Shown here piece by piece: positions 39,631-52,185 of a DNA stretch of 64,000 nucleotides; the first letter of the stretch is position 1, and the number at the start of each line of letters is the position of its first letter. Both the position numbers and the translations under genes were made by a program. The notes under the pieces were generated by a model that was not told the DNA's origin, did not search any database, and worked only from the letters and a program-made list of their open reading frames with translations. The DNA comes from Eledone cirrhosa (lineage: Eukaryota): the NCBI GenBank assembly GCA_964016885.1, contig OZ024740.1, positions 337,156,001 to 337,220,000 on the forward strand. The letters are read 5' to 3'.

Positions 39631-40267
39631 CTAGTTTATGCTTGGATTTATTACTTGGAATCTTTGAGCTTATTCCACAAATGGTATGGCGCATGATTCT
39701 GATATTTTCAGACATGACATCATTAATCTAATTTTGCTAGTATGTATATGTATACATTTGTGCACACCCATGAAAATTCATGTGCATGTGCATGTGTACA
39801 TGCACATATGTATATGTGTATATATGTATACATGTGTATATAATTTTCATACACTGTATCTTTGTTTATGCATGCATCCACATCGGTCAGCGCATAGTTA
39901 TGTATGAATCTAAATCTGAAAACCTTGCTATTGATGTTCTCATTATTATTATTACTTTTGGTATTATTAATACCTTCAGTATTTTTATGTTTAATCTTTT
40001 TACCACTATTAATATAATTTTCCATATATGGTAGCTGGAAATTATTCGGCTATTCTAAAAATAATATTAGTCTCCTGATTCTTTCATAGAAAGAAATTGT
40101 TCTCACTCCACATAATGACGTAATTCTCCTTGCATACATTTTGCTCATCTCACGAGAACGTCCTCACACACTACTGTTATGTTTTTTTGTTTTCTAAAGG
40201 CAATATGTGGTCGTAACTTTTTTGAAATATTTATTTCAGTGTTTACAGATTGATTTTTCTTGGTCAC

Positions 40268-40300
<33 letters not shown>

Positions 40301-40331
40301 TATCATCATTATCATCATCATCATCTATTCT

Positions 40332-40365
<34 letters not shown>

Positions 40366-40634
40366 ATGAAATCGAAAATGCAACTAGAGTCTTATTTAAA
40401 AAAAAAAAATATATATATATTTATTTGGTTCCTTTACCGGTTTCGCAGTTCCTCTGCTTTTCAAAAGTAGAGTTGAGATGGAGGGTCTGGTTTTTCTCAG
40501 ATGTGAGAAAAACCACAGACCGTCCATCTCAACTCTACTTTTGAAAAGCAGAAGAACTGTGAAACCGGTAAAGGAACCAAATAAATATATATATATTTTT
40601 AAAAATAAGACTCCAGTTGCATTTTCGATTTCAT
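40366..40634. mobile_element. ~270-bp foldback of a PLE-type terminus carrying two U3-A8 hammerhead variants
   Basis: Near-perfect inverted repeat centred ~40500. Motif TTGAAAA-gcag-N5-ctgc/t-GAAA-ccgg-TA at 40541-40570 (+) and 40435-40464 (-). Confidence 0.7.
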
Positions 40635-40766
40635 TTTTTTTCTTTATACTTTCACTCGTGTAGGACACCTCGGTTATTTTTCATTTTGTAAAAAAACCTC
40701 ACTTTCTAATATATATATATATATATAGAGTATTGAAGTTTGCTTGAAGCATTGTGGAATAATAAG

Positions 40767-41081
40767 TAAATATCTTTAAGTCGTTTGGAAGCCTCGACAA
40801 TGCAAATGGGTAAATCTCCGGGTAACAAGATCCGGTGGTGGAGAGAGAGATGTAAGTGGGTGTACGTTGAGATGCGTGGTGTGTATAAGATGTGTAAGAT
40901 GTGTAGAAGAATGAAGGGAAGAGTATAAAGGATAAAATAAAAATAACTACACAAGAGAGAGTTACTTTGGGAGAGATTTAATAGTCCCTATATATTTCGG
41001 ATTCACACCCATCAACTGGGGTTTTTTTCCGGAGATTTACCCATTTGCATTGTCGAGGCTTCCAAACGACTTAAAGATATT

Positions 41082-41084
<3 letters not shown>
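40767..41084. repeat. ~56-bp inverted repeats around a ~210-bp spacer
   Basis: gtaaatatctttaagtcg...aaatctccgg / ccggagattt...aagatatttac. Confidence 0.8.
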
Positions 41085-41139
<55 letters not shown>

Positions 41140-41221
41140 TAGTTACAACAGTGAGGTACATAAGTTTTGTCAGGTTGTTTACACCAACTCATTCAGACTG
41201 TCATAATAATAATAATAAAAG

Positions 41222-41267
<46 letters not shown>

Positions 41268-41281
41268 CCCCCTCTCTCACA

Positions 41282-41356
<75 letters not shown>

Positions 41357-41454
41357 AATATATATATATATATTATTCAAAATATTAAATGAAGATATTT
41401 ACATAATCAAAATATATGCTTCATTATATATATTTCGAAGGTAATGTGTTGTTT

Positions 41455-41836
41455 GTCAACTCTGGATGTCGGTGAGCATGTCCAGCCAACCTCAGTCTCC
41501 TCTGTGTCACTTTTGAGCTGACTTTTGGGATGCTCCCATACAGTTCTGAGTTTTTCATCCTCAGTGTATACTGATTAATGTTCAGAGCCATCCTCAGCAT
41601 TCTCGTGTAGCACCCATCCACCATCTGAGTGAGTTTCCTGGTCAGTGTCCAAGTCTTTGGGAGCCCCTACATGGACACACTGGAAGAGGAAGACCAAGGT
41701 TAACATATGTTGATGCCCTAAGGACAGACACTGGTCTGTTGGAGATGCAGGATATGGCAGCGATAATGAGGGACAGAGACCGCTGGAGAGAACTCGTCCA
41801 TGGATCTCGGGAATTTTACCCGCCTTAGATAGATAG
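41455..41836. mobile_element. RTE-clade LINE fragment with 5' inversion and 11-bp TSD
   Basis: TSD atgtgttgttt at 41444-41454 and 41837-41847. - strand DGCYTRMLR..RLAGHAHRHPELT; + strand LWEPLHG..GRPRLTYVD..DRDRWR, then an (ATAG)n tail. Confidence 0.85.
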
Positions 41837-42039
41837 ATGTGTTGTTTTTCAGTATGTCCTAGTCAGATAAAATATATGATTTGATATATAACATACCTCT
41901 ACGGTCTTGATATTTCAATTCCAGTATTGGCAGTGATTTATTTAATCAAATCTCAACATTTATATACCACAAATAATAATATGATAAACATAAAGAAGAA
42001 AAGGACCTGGAGACAGTTAAACTCTCTTATTCAACAACT

Positions 42040-42700
42040 ATGAATATTGCTCAAAATATAGCAAAAATAAATAGTAAAAATCTTAATTTGAACCTGCATA
42101 TAAATAGCGATAATAACAATAATAATAATAATACACTAGTTTATGGGAATAACAATAATAATAGTTTAAATATGAATAATAGTAGAACACCTTTAAAAAA
42201 TAATAATAATACGAATAGTTTAGGGTATAGAAATAATATCGAGAAGAAATGTAACTGTAGAAAGAAGTCAGAATGTCCCTTACAAAATAACTACCTTGAC
42301 AAGAATCTAGTATATAAATGTACCATTAAGACAAATAATAATATATACAACTACATTGGTGCCACTTCATCTAAATTTAAGGTTCGTTGGTACAGTCATA
42401 AAAATTCTTTTTCCAATCCAGATAAAAAATTTTCAACCTCACTCTCACAATTAATATGGTCTTTGAAGGACAAGAATACTAAATACTCCATCTCTTGGAC
42501 TCGGTTAAAAAATGCCAATTCCTATCGGAATGTTTCCATTTCGCTAAATTGCAATCTTTGCAATCTGTAGACTCTATTGATAATTACAAATTATGACAAT
42601 TTAATTAACAAGAAAAATGAATTATTTAGCAGCTGCCAACATAAATTCGGTAAAACATTCCAGGCATTGTACAAGTTTCGAAAAAATATTGACAATTAAT
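42040..42700 (+). pseudogene. PLE GIY-YIG endonuclease region
   Basis: CNCRKKSECPLQ..LVYKC..YIGAT..FKVRWYSHKNSF..TSLS..IWSLK..CNLC, followed after a stop by LINKKNELFSSCQH. Confidence 0.85.
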
Positions 42701-42983
42701 AATAATTAAAAAAAATATATATTTAATTTTTTACCTTACTTGCGTAATAATTTATTGATGTTTTATCTATTAGAATAATTTCATTAAGAGTCTCTGTATC
42801 CTATGTTTTGTTTAGGACAGTTCAATATTTAACTTGACAATTGTTGATTTATGGTTTTGGATTATCACTAGATTTCAGAGAAGTTAAATGTTCACATATG
42901 GTGAATGAGTTACATTCTTCGTAAATATTTTTATTCTGTTTGAATAGCTTACTAAATTATATTTGACATGAATTATGTAGTTT

Positions 42984-43170
42984 AATAATTGTTTCTACTT
43001 TTGGCACAAGGCCAGCAATACCCAGTGTATTACTGGTACTTTATTTTATCGACCCCGTAAGGATGAAAGGCAAAGTTAACCTTGGCGGGATTTGAACTCA
43101 GAATGGCAAGGGCCGTAACTCTATGCGTCAAAGCATGGCGTCCGACCCTCTACCGATACTGCCAACCCCC
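42984..43170 (-). mobile_element. tRNA-derived SINE (Meta/MESC-like) nested in the PLE
   Basis: - strand tggcagtatcggtagag...gagttcaaatcccgcc..gcctttcatcc. Confidence 0.8.
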
Positions 43171-44082
43171 TGAATGATATAAGAATATCTTTAAAAGGAA
43201 ACTATAATAATATGTAATTACAGAAGTAAATATAAATTAACAGAATAAACTTTTGAGAGTAAATATAACTGCAATTTAATCCTGTAATTATATGATAATT
43301 AAAGAATAGAAATGATTTTATAAAGTAAATATCCTATTTAAATAAAATTATTCGGCTAAAAATGATCTTAATATATTATATATATTGATGGTGATGCATG
43401 TATTTTAATATATATTTTAAATGCATGTTTAATAATTATTTAAATTTGTTTTAAAGATAAATTTTTAAAAAAAATTGTAACAAAATACTTAAGGAATATA
43501 TTACTTAAACTAAAATTATAATCTATAATGAGTTAAATTAAATTATATAAATTTTTAATTAAACCAATTATGTGACGGCTATAAAAAGTAATGTATATTG
43601 ACTAATTTTGATATAATATATAAGTATAATTAGCTTAACCATAATCAAATACAACAGATATTCAATGGTTTATGGTAATTGATTGGTTGCCTCAATTGAC
43701 GTAATATTGAAAACAACGGTTTTTTTCTATATATCCCAACATATATTCTATGTTCCCTCCCTTTTGTCGTTATTTATCCTTTCTTCTTCCTCTATTCATC
43801 CATTCTTTTATTTATTTTTATTCATTTAAATATTTATGTATGTATTTATTTACTTTTTCTTATTTTTTCTTTTTTTCTTTCTTTCTTTCTTTCTTTTTTA
43901 TTGCCTTCCTCCTGTTTACACCCTCTCATATCTCTAATGTGCTCCACGTCCTTTTCTTCTTTATATTTATCATATTATTACTTGTGTTATATAAATGTTG
44001 AGATTTGATGAAATAAATCACTGCCAATACTGGAATTGAAATATCAAGACCGTAGAGGTATGTCATATATCAAATCATATAT

Positions 44083-44142
44083 TTTATCTGACGAGGACGT
44101 ACTGAAAAAACAACATAGTACCTTAGAAATATATATAATAAA
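44083..44142 (+). ncRNA. Probable hammerhead in the PLE terminus
   Basis: tttat-CTGACGA-gg..gtact..agtac-ctta-GAAA-tatata-TA-ataaa. The stem II register is ambiguous. Confidence 0.5.
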
Positions 44143-44289
44143 GCATATATTTTGATTATGTGAATATCTTCATTTGTTAATATTTTGAATAATATTAAAA
44201 ACTCCAGGAAGATTTTTTTCTGTTGAGTGCTTTTAATCTATTGTAAAACTGTATTCATTGAGTAATCAATGAACCATATTAATCTTTGG

Positions 44290-44349
<60 letters not shown>

Positions 44350-44481
44350 ATATATATATATAAATATATGTTAAATGGTTATGACGATGATGATATATAT
44401 ATATATATTTATTCTTATATTTATGTATGTGGAAAAATGTACATTAAACGATAATGATGATGATATACATACATATATATA

Positions 44482-44517
<36 letters not shown>

Positions 44518-44519
44518 CC

Positions 44520-44870
44520 CCCCCCCCCTCGTCCCACCACCCCCACCCCATCCACACCACCCCGTTCTATGTAAAGTTATGTTGGTGCCACACCATCCAG
44601 GCCGAAACAAATGAGATCGTGTAGGTGTCACGACAAAAAAACACACAGTCCACGCTGTAATGTGGCCGTGTAGGCAACACGGTAAAAACCTCCCAGACCC
44701 ACACTGTAAATGTGGTTGGTGTTAGGAAGGGCATCCAACTGTAGAAAACCTGCCAGACAGTCCTATGCGAGCAAGACAATCACTCTTGCCTCAAGTGGGA
44801 CTACCCTCGTCCAAACCCATGCAAGCGTGGAACACGGACGTTAAACGTTGATGATGATGATGATGATGAT
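44520..44870 (+). mobile_element. 3' UTR-only copy of the RTE LINE
   Basis: Closely matches the reverse complement of 15851-16205. Confidence 0.85.
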
Positions 44871-44936
44871 ATACATATGTATGTATATCATCATCATTAT
44901 TGTTTAATGTACATTTTTCCACATACATAAATATAA

Positions 44937-44970
<34 letters not shown>

Positions 44971-44977
44971 TCATAAT

Positions 44978-45008
<31 letters not shown>

Positions 45009-46062
45009 GTATATGATTATATATATATATTATTTTTATATATGTATGTCTATGCCCACACCTATGTTGTCTGTGTTTATGTTTAGCGGTGTATAACTCG
45101 TGTTGTATCAAAAAGCATAACTTAATGATTCAATAAATATTGACTGATAATATAAGTAGAAGAATAAAATAAGTACTGGGGTCAATATGATTGACTAAAA
45201 CCTTTGAAGGTGATGTCCAGCTTGGCCACTGTCCAAATGACTGAAACCAGTAAAAGAATGAAAGAATATATATTCTTTTATACTTTTATAGGCTTCTCTC
45301 GCTACACATATGTACATATATACTTCATGCATACATACATAATATGATTCATACATATATAGATACATATATACATACACAATACATACATATATACATA
45401 TATACACAATACATACATACATACTCAATACATACATACATATATACATACATAATACATACATAGGTACATACACAATACATAATATATGTACATACAT
45501 ACATAATACATACATAAATACATACATACATACACAATATATTCATGCATGTATATATACATACACAATACTTACATACATACACAATACATAATATATG
45601 CAAATAAATTATATACACCACAAACACACACACATACACACTAACAAACACACACATGCACATACATAATACATACATATATTATGTATGTATGTGCACA
45701 AGTGTGTGTGTTTGTGGTGTATATAATTTACTTGCATATTGTGTAAGTATATATTTTGATGTGAAAATAGAGAACTATTTTAGTATATTTCAGTATATGT
45801 ATATAAGAGTGCCTTCTAGTGAAGTGAAACCAAATATGTGTAAATGTGTACTTTAGTATGATTGAAGCTGTGTACATGTGTGTTGATGGGTATGTCTGTG
45901 TGTGTGTGTGATGGGCCTGTGTGTGTCTGTGTGAGTATGTGTGTGTGTGTGTCTGTGTCTGTGTCTGTGTCAGTGTGTGTGTCTGCGTGAGTGTGTGTGT
46001 CTCTGTGTGTGTGTGTGTGTGGGTCTGTGTGGTGTCTGATGTATGTATGTGTGTGTGTTTGT

Positions 46063-46118
<56 letters not shown>

Positions 46119-46309
46119 CTGTGTGTTAGGATAAAAGAATGATAGTGATGTTGAAAGAAATATTGGTGTAATTTGATTTCTTTGGAAAGAGGGGACTGTT
46201 GAAATGAAGATTTACATGTTAGTGTTGTTGTTTAGCTCCAGGTCAACCCTGAATAGACCTATAATCAAATAAATTAATGTTTTGCCTTCTCTGTTTCTCC
46301 ACTGGACAG

Positions 46310-46403
46310 TGTTTGGCTCACGTCATATGCTGTGACCCTGGGAGGACCAGCTTTACCATTTGTAGGGGCCAAAACTGCCAAAGTCCATCTCAATGGCCAA
46401 TGA
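46310..46403 (+). CDS. Possible terminal coding exon of a host gene
   Basis: Polypyrimidine tract plus cag acceptor. Frame VWLTSYAVTLGGPALPFVGAKTAKVHLNGQ-stop. No homology recognised. Confidence 0.35.
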
Positions 46404-47162
46404 CCATGGAATTCTGTGTACTTTGTTTGTATTTTTATTTTAAAAAAATAATTTTTCAAGGTATCCCCCTTAAAAAATTGTTTTTCATTTTGTTTTGTTT
46501 CCATTCATTGTCTTGACTTCTCTTTGTTAATTTTCTTAAGTTTATATCAAAGATGCTCTTGTTGTGACCATCCAATCTTTTATTCACACATACTGTATCT
46601 GGAACTACATTACCCAGTCTGTTCTCTTTTAAAAGATAAATAGGATGTTTATTTTTTTAATTGTTATTCAGGGTGAGAAGTTCTGTGTTCATGTTCCTAT
46701 TTAGGGTTTCTGAGAGTTATGGGAGGGAGAAAGGTAACTCCTAACTGGAGACCTAACCTGAATACTTGAAACAGAATGGACTCTACTAAATGTACTGAAG
46801 GAACAGGTGGTGGTGTTAAACTGGACAACAAAGTGGACCCACACTAAAGATATCCAAAGAGAAGATGATTGTGCTGGTGGTGGTGTTTTACTGGACAATA
46901 GAGTGGATTCAACTAAAGGCACCCAGAGGCACCTAAATGCCAGGGAGTAGCATTAAAGTGGGCAATAGATTAAGTTTACTACTCAATTTAAGAGAGATTG
47001 GCTACTATTTCTGGGAGGTTGAGTGAACACTTAGAGATTCACTTTTTGGCTTGATGCATGAGTATGTATGAGTAGAGTGGTGTATGGCATAGAATTGGTT
47101 GTGATAAGTCAGTTCAAGGAAAAGGGAAACAACAGAACAGTCAGATAAACGGTTTAGCTTAA

Positions 47163-47426
47163 GTTAACACTTTTGTTACCATATTTCTAGTGAAAGATAC
47201 TACCAATAGTTTTTCAATTAATTTTGAAAATAATCAAGAATTTGGAGAGACTTAGTAATATTTCTAATTTTCTTATTATTTATCTGTGATTTAAACATAA
47301 TAAAAGTTCTTGCATAAATTTATGATGGAAGATTTTTAGATAAATATGAACACTTTATTTAAAACAAACAGCTTTGTTTCATCGAACCAGAAGCAGTTTC
47401 AGGAGATTTGGTATCAAAAGAGTTAA
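47163..47426. mobile_element. Diverged piggyBac-type MITE
   Basis: ttaacacttttgttacca ... tggtatcaaaagagttaa. A related copy lies at ~30869-31110. Confidence 0.55.
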
Positions 47427-48064
47427 CTAACAACATGCCTAACTTAGATGAAGAAGTATCAATTTTCTTCAAGTCATGCACACCCTCTGTTGAACAACTT
47501 CTCTCAGTTATGTCCCTTTGCTAGGATGGCAAAAGTACTTCCACGAAGAACAACTAGTGATAGCTGCTGTATTTGCAACTCTGTCGTTAGATTCTTTACT
47601 TTCCCTCATCAACACCATCATTATCATCGTTATTGCCTTCCTCCTTCTCTTCTGCTTCACCATGACCACAACCATGATGACGACGACGACGACGAAGACC
47701 ACCATCACCACCATCGTCACTATTGTCGTCGTCATCATCATTATTAACGTTTTATGTTCGCTTGTCATGCTGGCATGGGTTGTACAGATAGTCACCCACT
47801 GAGCTAGTTTTTATTTGATGATATTGCTCGTCTATGTTATCTCCACTCATTCGTGAAGCACTTTACAGAGTGTACTGGGTGTATTTTTTCATATCACCAG
47901 CCCTAGTGATACAGCTAACCACAAAAGTAACCACAAAGAGGAAACATTGTTGGTAGCCTTCTATTAGATAAAAATAGACTTATACAACCAACCATCTTGG
48001 AAGACAGAGATCAAGGGAATAAAATTCTCAACACAGAGAGATGTCAATTATAATATATATATAT

Positions 48065-48409
48065 GGAGGCACATGGCTTAGTGGTTAGAGCATTGGCCTT
48101 GCAATCGAAAGGTTGTGAGTTCAATTCTCAGACCGGGTGATTTGTTGTTTCCTTGAGCAAGACACTTTATTTCACATTGCTCCAGTTTACTCAGCTGTAG
48201 AAATGAGATGATAAGGACTGGGGTCCCCATCATTCCACTGCAAAGTGGTCGTGGAGGTGCCACGGCAAAAAAGCACCCAGCACTCACTGTAAATGAGGTT
48301 GGTGTTAGGAAGGGCATCCAGCTGTAGAAATCAAGCCAGAATCAATTCCCGTCCCACCCTTACAAGCAGGGAAAAAGCGGACGTAAAATGAAATGATGAT
48401 GATGATGAT
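48065..48409 (+). mobile_element. tRNA-headed SINE with RTE-type tail
   Basis: Same family as 37577-37912. Confidence 0.88.
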
Positions 48410-48498
48410 ATGTAAATTAAAACATATATTGGTAGGTTTGGTCGATAGATAGATAGATGGATAGATGGATAGGGTGAGAAAGGGAGAGAGAGATGGAA

Positions 48499-48530
<32 letters not shown>

Positions 48531-49059
48531 ATATACATTTATATATACAAACACACACATATATATATATATAAACATATATACGAACATACACGCACAC
48601 GCACACATATATATCATCACCATTTAACAGCTATTTTCTGTGCTTAATGGGTTAGACAGATTATCATGTACTGAGTAAGTTTCTTTTGACTTTTAACAAT
48701 TTTTACAGAACCTTGTCAAAATGGTATTTTGGCAATGAATTTAGCACTTAAAATTGTAATGCAGCCTTTTTCTATCTAGTATTTCATCCTTGGCCAGGTT
48801 GGAAAGGCTATAATGGGAGTGTGTGTGTGTGGAGGAAAGCTACATGTTGCTTGCCAAAGATATGGGGGAGAGAAATGTGGCCTGGAAGAGAGTCAGTGAT
48901 GGCTGGCTGTATATTGAAAGGATGCATCTGACTCTCCATGTTGGCATGGTTGAGCAAGGAAGGAAGGGGGGGGGGGGATCTGGCAAAGGAGGGGCTGAGT
49001 AAAAGATGTAGTATTAAAGATAGTGAGCAACATCTTGCACAAATAGGTCACACTACTTG

Positions 49060-49380
49060 CACAAATTTCATTGACACTCTGTTACCATCCAATTCTATTG
49101 CTCATCATACTCAGCAGGTCAGAGGGATTGCAGTTTATGTCATCACAAATCTATTATAGGTCTTGGCTTGTCATCCTTTGCAAGTTGTTTCTTGTGTAGA
49201 CTCCCACAAAAGGACTTTACTCACAATTTTGTCTTTAGCTCTCCAGTAATGCCCTGCAATCTGACTCTATGCTCTTTGATGATTTTGATACTAAACAAAG
49301 ATTCCCATAAAGTTATTCATTGGTCAGACGATCTCTCGAAGTGACATTCAAATCCACTCTTAGCATATTTTGTAATTGAG
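49060..49380 (-). mobile_element. Highly degenerate RTE-clade LINE 3' fragment
   Basis: Relic MLRVDLNV..LTNE.LYGNL..AGHYWRAKDKIVSKVLLWEST. Confidence 0.5.
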
Positions 49381-49432
49381 TGATTAAAGGACAATATGAT
49401 CGATATTATTGTGTATTGTTCAAAATTATTCC

Positions 49433-49455
<23 letters not shown>

Positions 49456-49463
<8 letters not shown>

Positions 49464-49812
49464 AGATCAAAAGATGGTTAAAAGAGTTCCAAGTATTTTA
49501 TTATGCGCATTTCAAAAACAAATATCATCATGAGATGATATCTGCGTTTTCATCAGATTAAATAGGGATACATGATATGAAGGTTAAAAAACACTTGTGA
49601 ATAGTGAAGTTTAAAATCAACATATATGTTTTAAATCAACAGATATGTTGATTTAAAACTTCACTATTCACAAGTGTTTTTTAACCTTGATATCATGTAT
49701 CCCTATTTTATCTGATGAAAACGCAGATATCATCTCATGATGATATTTGCTTTTGAAATGCGCATAATAAAATACTTGGAACTCTTTTAACCATCTTTTG
49801 ATCTTATATTAT
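49456..49812. mobile_element. ~355-bp foldback of a PLE-type terminus
   Basis: Near-perfect inverted repeat centred ~49635, adjacent to (TA)n. Confidence 0.85.
49705..49773 (+). ncRNA. Type I hammerhead ribozyme (mirror copy 49495-49563 on -)
   Basis: attttat-CTGATGA-long stem II (gcagatatcatc/gatgatatttgc)-GAAA-tgcgca-TA-ataaaat. Confidence 0.85.
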
Positions 49813-50070
49813 TTATACTCCAGTCCTACAAACTGTAGAGTGCTACTTATCCGATATTTGCATTGCTTTATTGTGCTACAATAAAACTCACCTCCTACAC
49901 ACACATATATATATATTGGTAAAAGGAAAAGAAAATGCTGACAAATTGTTCCCAGTGAAAAATATACACACACGTGTATATTTATATATTTATATATATA
50001 TACACACATATATATATATATACACACACGTATATATATATACACACACGTATATATATATACACACACG

Positions 50071-50101
<31 letters not shown>

Positions 50102-50187
50102 AGTGCCTGTGGTATGGAGACCACAAATCAGAATATTGCTTGATACATGGTATGATGCAGAGTGGGTATATTAGTGAGGTAGAGGAC

Positions 50188-50250
50188 TGACTGTGAGCTC
50201 AGGTGGTTTCAGCTTAGGTTACTAGCTGAAACTGCTTGAGCTCACAGTCA
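50188..50250 (+). other. 63-nt hairpin with a 27-bp stem
   Basis: tgactgtgagctcaggtggtttcagct-taggttact-agctgaaactgcttgagctcacagtca. Confidence 0.8.
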
Positions 50251-50373
50251 ATAGGTAAATGTTGCCTAAACAGGATGTATCCAAGACCATGCATATATAA
50301 ATAGGTACAATAACAAGAAAATCAGAAAGTAAACGAATGAACTTACATAAAGATGGTAAAAACTGATTCCTAT

Positions 50374-50471
50374 TGTCTATACAGCTATTTCAGGGTTGAA
50401 AAGAAATAATACCATTTACCATTATTAAATAACAGGTTCCATTAAGGCACCAGCCCCATCATCAGTAGACA
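50374..50471 (-). ncRNA. Type I hammerhead with a long stem II loop
   Basis: - strand tgtcta-CTGATGA-t-ggggctgg...tcaaccct-GAAA-tagctg-TA-tagaca. Confidence 0.75.
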
Positions 50472-51181
50472 GATGTCTTACTAAACACACATAGATCCAG
50501 AAGCAACCATGCATTCAACATCAAGTGTAAAGCTAGTTAGATCATCTTTTGTGAGACCGAACTGTAGGCATTTGCCAGATCAAGCCACAATACATCAAGA
50601 TATCTCTTCTCTGCTCTAGTTCTTTGGATTGCCTCTGAGATCATTGAAGCATTCTCTACACAACCAGACACTTCAGGGATGCCTCTCTCCTGAACTGACA
50701 TATTCAGGTACTTATTCTCTTTGAGGTATCTAGTTAGCCATGCTGCTATAACAGAGGAGGTTTTACCTTCAACATTCAGAAGTCATAATGGTCTGAATTG
50801 GTTGATGTTGCTTGACTTCTGTTCTTTTGGAATGTATACTTCTTTGGTTCTTATCCATTGTTTGCTCTGACCTTATCATTTCGTAGAGCCACTCAAAGAT
50901 ATTGGAACATTTCTGGTACAATAGATAGGGTATTTTGTTTGGCCATAGGGATGATTTGGCCCTGGCTTTCTTAACCATAACAGATTAAATGAACAGATAG
51001 ATATATTAACAGACCGATAGTAATATATATTCATTGTTAGCTAGTTAGATAGATAGAAGTATAGTTAGAATCATAGATTGAAAGCTAGATAGAAATTGTT
51101 AAATTGATAGATATATCAACTGATTGCTTGATAGACAAATAGAATATACATTGATAGATAAATAGATAAACGGATAGACAT

Positions 51182-51223
<42 letters not shown>

Positions 51224-52115
51224 TGTCAAAGATAGTATATTTTATATATTTATGGACTGAATGATAGAGAGATAGATAGTTATAAATAAATTGATAGATA
51301 GAGAAAATATTGATAGGCAGATAAATAAATAGATAGATAAATAGATTAATGGAAAGATATATGCATATATATTATTTGATTGTCAAAAATATGACAATAA
51401 TATATTTCACATATTGATTGGTTGGTGATAGATAGATGATAATATATTGATAAGTAGATAGGTAGAAAATAGATAGACATATGCATATAAATTATTTGAT
51501 TGTCAAAGATGTATGACTATAATATATTTTACATCAGAAGGTTCTCAAAACACATTGATATAATTTAGTATTGAATACATACAATGGATTAAGGAAGTCA
51601 AAATCTAAGGAACAAACGGTAGACAATAAGATATACACAAAGTATTCTGGAATTGAATTAGACAGTCTATAAGAAATGTAATATTCTTAAACTAAGTTGT
51701 CTCCTACTTCCTAGAACATTCTTTTCTGATGGAAATAAACTAGAATAAAGTATTTAGGAAGTCTGTAAAATATGATATATGATATGATATGATATGATAA
51801 TTGTATGTATGTATGTATGTATGTATGTATGTATGTATGTATGTATGTATGTTTTTTTCTCTTTCTCTTAATTTCGAGTATATTTTTTTGACCGGCCACC
51901 TTCCTGGTGGCAAGGTATGTATGTATGTATGTATGTATGTATGTATGTATGTATGTATGTATGTATGTATGTATGTATGTATGTATGTATGTATGTATGC
52001 ATGCATGCATGCATGTATGTATGTATGTATGTATGTATGTATGTATGTGCGTGTGAGTGTGTGTGTGTGCGGATGTATGTATGTATGTATGTATGTATGT
52101 ATGTACGTGTGTGTG

Positions 52116-52149
<34 letters not shown>

Positions 52150-52185
52150 TGTATGTATGTATGTATGTATGTATGTATGTATGTA

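Larger units (their letters stand above)
41371..44194 (+). mobile_element. Penelope-like element, 5'-truncated, with an inverted terminal copy
   Basis: 41371-41966 (interrupted) mirrors 43989-44194. GIY-YIG ORF lies between them. Confidence 0.8.
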
